Of a stretch of DNA of 64,000 nt, positions 60,901 to 64,000 are shown piece after piece. The stretch covers positions 59,892,001-59,956,000 of the forward strand of contig OX597817.1 of assembly GCA_951406725.2 (NCBI GenBank), read 5' to 3'. The first letter of the stretch is position 1; every line of letters begins with the position of its first letter. Below the pieces are notes generated by a model. It did not search any database. It saw nothing but the letters and a program-made list of their open reading frames with translations, and was not told where the DNA came from. This DNA comes from Octopus vulgaris. Its lineage: Eukaryota. A program made the position numbers and the translations under genes.

Positions 60901-63900
60901 AGGTTTCGACACATTGTCTTTGTCAGATTCAGTCCTTTCTGTAAATAGCCAACCATAAAGGAGACAGTGGGAAGCTATACACACAAAAGAAAAATTAAAA
61001 ACCTAACAGGGAAGGTTAGAAAAAAAAAACTTGTTAAAATTCAAAGGAAAAATAAATGGAAGAGTGTCCAGTATTTTGTTTTTTTTTAATAAAATGACAA
61101 TAACTAAATTGGTAGACAGAAAGTAAGCTGCTCTGAATATGTAGTGTTGTTGTTGTTGGTGGTGGTGGTGGTTAACAGTAGAAATAGTAGCATTAATAGA
61201 TGAAGACAGTACCCATCTCCAATGTGCCAACATGAGGCATATGAAACCAGGCTGGAAAAAGAAAAAGAAATTGTATTAAAGGCAGTTTAATTCGATACGA
61301 GTTACATTAATCTGGCTACATTCTGCTAAGTGTAAACATTCAAAACATTTTCAGAACCAACTCCATTTTATGCAGAAAACTTAAGGAAAACATCAGGATT
61401 AAATCCTTTTGCTACTTTGAATAAATGCAATGAAAGTTTACTCATTGACACCAAGATGAAATTGTACTGACATTTTCAAATAGAAAATTGTAGGTGCACA
61501 CGCATGCATGGAAGCACAGGCGTGGCTGTGTGGTTAAAAATTAAGAAGTTTTCTTCCCAATCACATGTTCTGGGTTCAGTCCCATTGCATGTCTTCCATA
61601 GCCCTGAGTCAACCAATGCCATGTGAGTAGATTCGGTAAAACGAAACGGACAACTGGTTCTACAAGTGATGTGCATTTCCGATCTTGTATGAAAACATGT
61701 TTGGCCATGGGTGAATATTCTCCTTCACTTGGAAACAAGTCAGAGTTAGTGACAGGAAAAGCATCCAGTCACAGAAAACCTGTCCAACCCACGCAAGCAA
61801 GGAGATGTGAACACTAAAACCAATGACAAAATGAAAGTACAAAGTATTAATCTTGCTTCTATCATAATTACAAACAGCAGACATATTGAGGTATTTTTAA
61901 GGAAAATTCATAAAATATAGAAATTAGTGGAAATGGTAGGTTCCAGACTACAAAACTTGGAACAGACATACTTGCTTACATACTGACGTTGATACAACTC
62001 CATTAATTAATTCAATTAACTAAAACAGTTGGATTCCATTTTCAGCTATTCAGTCAACGAGTTAATAAGAATTTTCAAAATGCTGAAAGTCAAACCAAAA
62101 ACTTATCAACCTCAGCGAAACAAACAAAAGAAAAACTGACATGAACAGAGGCATAGGTGCGGGGTTGGCTGGGTGGTTAAGCAGCTTGCTTCTCAACCAT
62201 GTGGTCTTGGGTTCAGTTTCATTGCATGGCACCTTACTCTCTCTTTACTCTTTTACTTGTTTCAGTCATTTGACTGCGGCCATGCTGGAGCACTGCCTTT
62301 AGTCAAGCAAATCGACCCCAGGACTTATTCTTTGTAAGCCCAGTACTTATTCTATTGGTCTCTTTTGCCGAATGGCTAAGTGACGGGGACGTAAACACAC
62401 CAGCATCGGTTGTCAAGCAATGCTAGAGGGACAAACAGACACACAAACATTGGTCGGCCCAAGGCTATAGCAGAAGACACTTGCCCAAGATGCCACGCAG
62501 TGGGACTGAACCCGGAACCATGTGGTTGGTAAGCAAGCTACTTACCACAAATTGTCTTCTACTAAAGCCCTGGGATGACCAAATCTTAGGAGTGGATTTG
62601 GTAAACAGAAACTGTAAGAAGCCCACCATGTATATAATCTATAATATACATATAAGGCCATGTGGTTGAGTAGCATGGTCCCAACCAAATGGTTTCAAGT
62701 TCATTTCCACTGCGTGGTACCTTGAGTAATTCTTTTACTACAGCCCCAACACTGACCAAAGCCTTATGAATGGATTTGTGTGTGTGTGTGTTGACCTTTG
62801 TATTGACATAATGAGACAAGTGTAAACAAGCGTCCCTGTCATACAAGCAGTGTTGTTCACTTCCAGTTGTCCTTGTAAAGCATGTCTGGCTTGGAAACGA
62901 AGATTGACAACAGGAAAGACATCCAGCCATAGAGAATCTGCCTCAACAAATTCTATCTGAGTCATGCAAGCATGCAGAACTGGATGTTTGATGATGACGA
63001 TAATGATCAATCACATGAAAATAAAGCATTAGGATCATAAGACAATCCCTCCATGGCTGAACAGTTGGTATACACATTACCATCAATCGAGCAATTTGCT
63101 ACATTTCGCTGTAATAATGCTGGTAAATTTTCCCAGAGAAACAGCAATTATCTTTTGCCGATTTTCATTTCCTTGCATATTGATTCGTTTCAAATACTGT
63201 AGAAGCTTTCTTTGCAATCACAGGATCTCAGGTTCAGCCCCACTGTGTGGTAGTACACTGAGCAAGCATCCTCTATCATAACCCTTGGTCAACCAATGCC
63301 TTGTGAACAAATTCGGTAGGTGGAAACTGTGTGGAATCCTGATGGGGGGGTCTCTATATACAAACATAACTCATTCTGGAGTCTTGTTCATTAACCAAAC
63401 TGTTTATTGTATGAATATTTGAGACACATGTAAGGGGAATTCATTCTAAGCCATATCCACCCTCCACAGCCTGAAATGATCTGTTGTTTATCCAATCATC
63501 TATAGCAATAAATATATACACACACGCATGTTATTTTTTTTTCCTTGTCTCGATCAACAGTTATGTTTTCTTTTTTAATCAAAAAATAATGAGAAATATT
63601 ATTACTTCCTAGATAAAACATGAAAATTTGCAAGCCACATCAAACTGTATCCATGAACTTCAACCGTTTGTACACCTTCTCTTAGTCCCTTAGAGTTGAC
63701 TTGTGGTTTGTTGCTAAAATGCCTGTTGGCTGAATATAATTTTTCTTCAGAAAACTACTATGCAACTGGTTCCTTTAGCACACCATTTAACTATGCTCTC
63801 CCATAGCCTGCTTGTAGTTCTTAGATCAAATTTCAGTTCATTCTGCAAGTTTTATTTATCGATTGGAAAAAACCCATTCATTATTCAATTTGTTCATTCG

Positions 63901-64000
63901 GAGGACCCTTCGTACATGGGTGTCCCACTGTACTTTAAAAGAGATGGTTTTGTATCCTAGAACCAAGGGCAGCTTTATGCAGACTGGCATCAAAAGAGTT

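Overview
Eukaryotic, AT-rich, repeat-dense animal genomic DNA. The SINE/LINE repertoire and (TA/TG/TATG)n microsatellites suggest an octopus genome (inference). The only host gene I can support is a + strand KIAA0319/KIAA0319L (AAVR-like) gene. Sixteen GT-AG coding exons between 1690 and 33767 splice in frame (1878 nt, 626 codons) and encode five PKD domains, the post-PKD region and the Cys-rich EGF-like motif. The N-terminus lies upstream of the window, and I could not find the transmembrane/cytoplasmic exons (a 100-N scaffold gap lies at 35229-35328). Introns and flanks contain: a near-intact antisense RTE LINE (APE + RT + C4HC3 PHD-like finger), a CR1-type LINE 3' fragment, a decayed mariner, tRNA-derived SINEs whose tails match one or other LINE, an RTE-type insertion with a 5' inversion and 14-bp TSD, and a 3.6-kb near-perfect tandem duplication with a templated junction. 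The most unusual signal is a set of minimal hammerhead-ribozyme-like motifs with non-canonical core bases in small non-coding (TA)n-flanked elements, resembling Penelope pseudo-LTRs or retrozymes. All calls are by eye; no alignments or searches were run.
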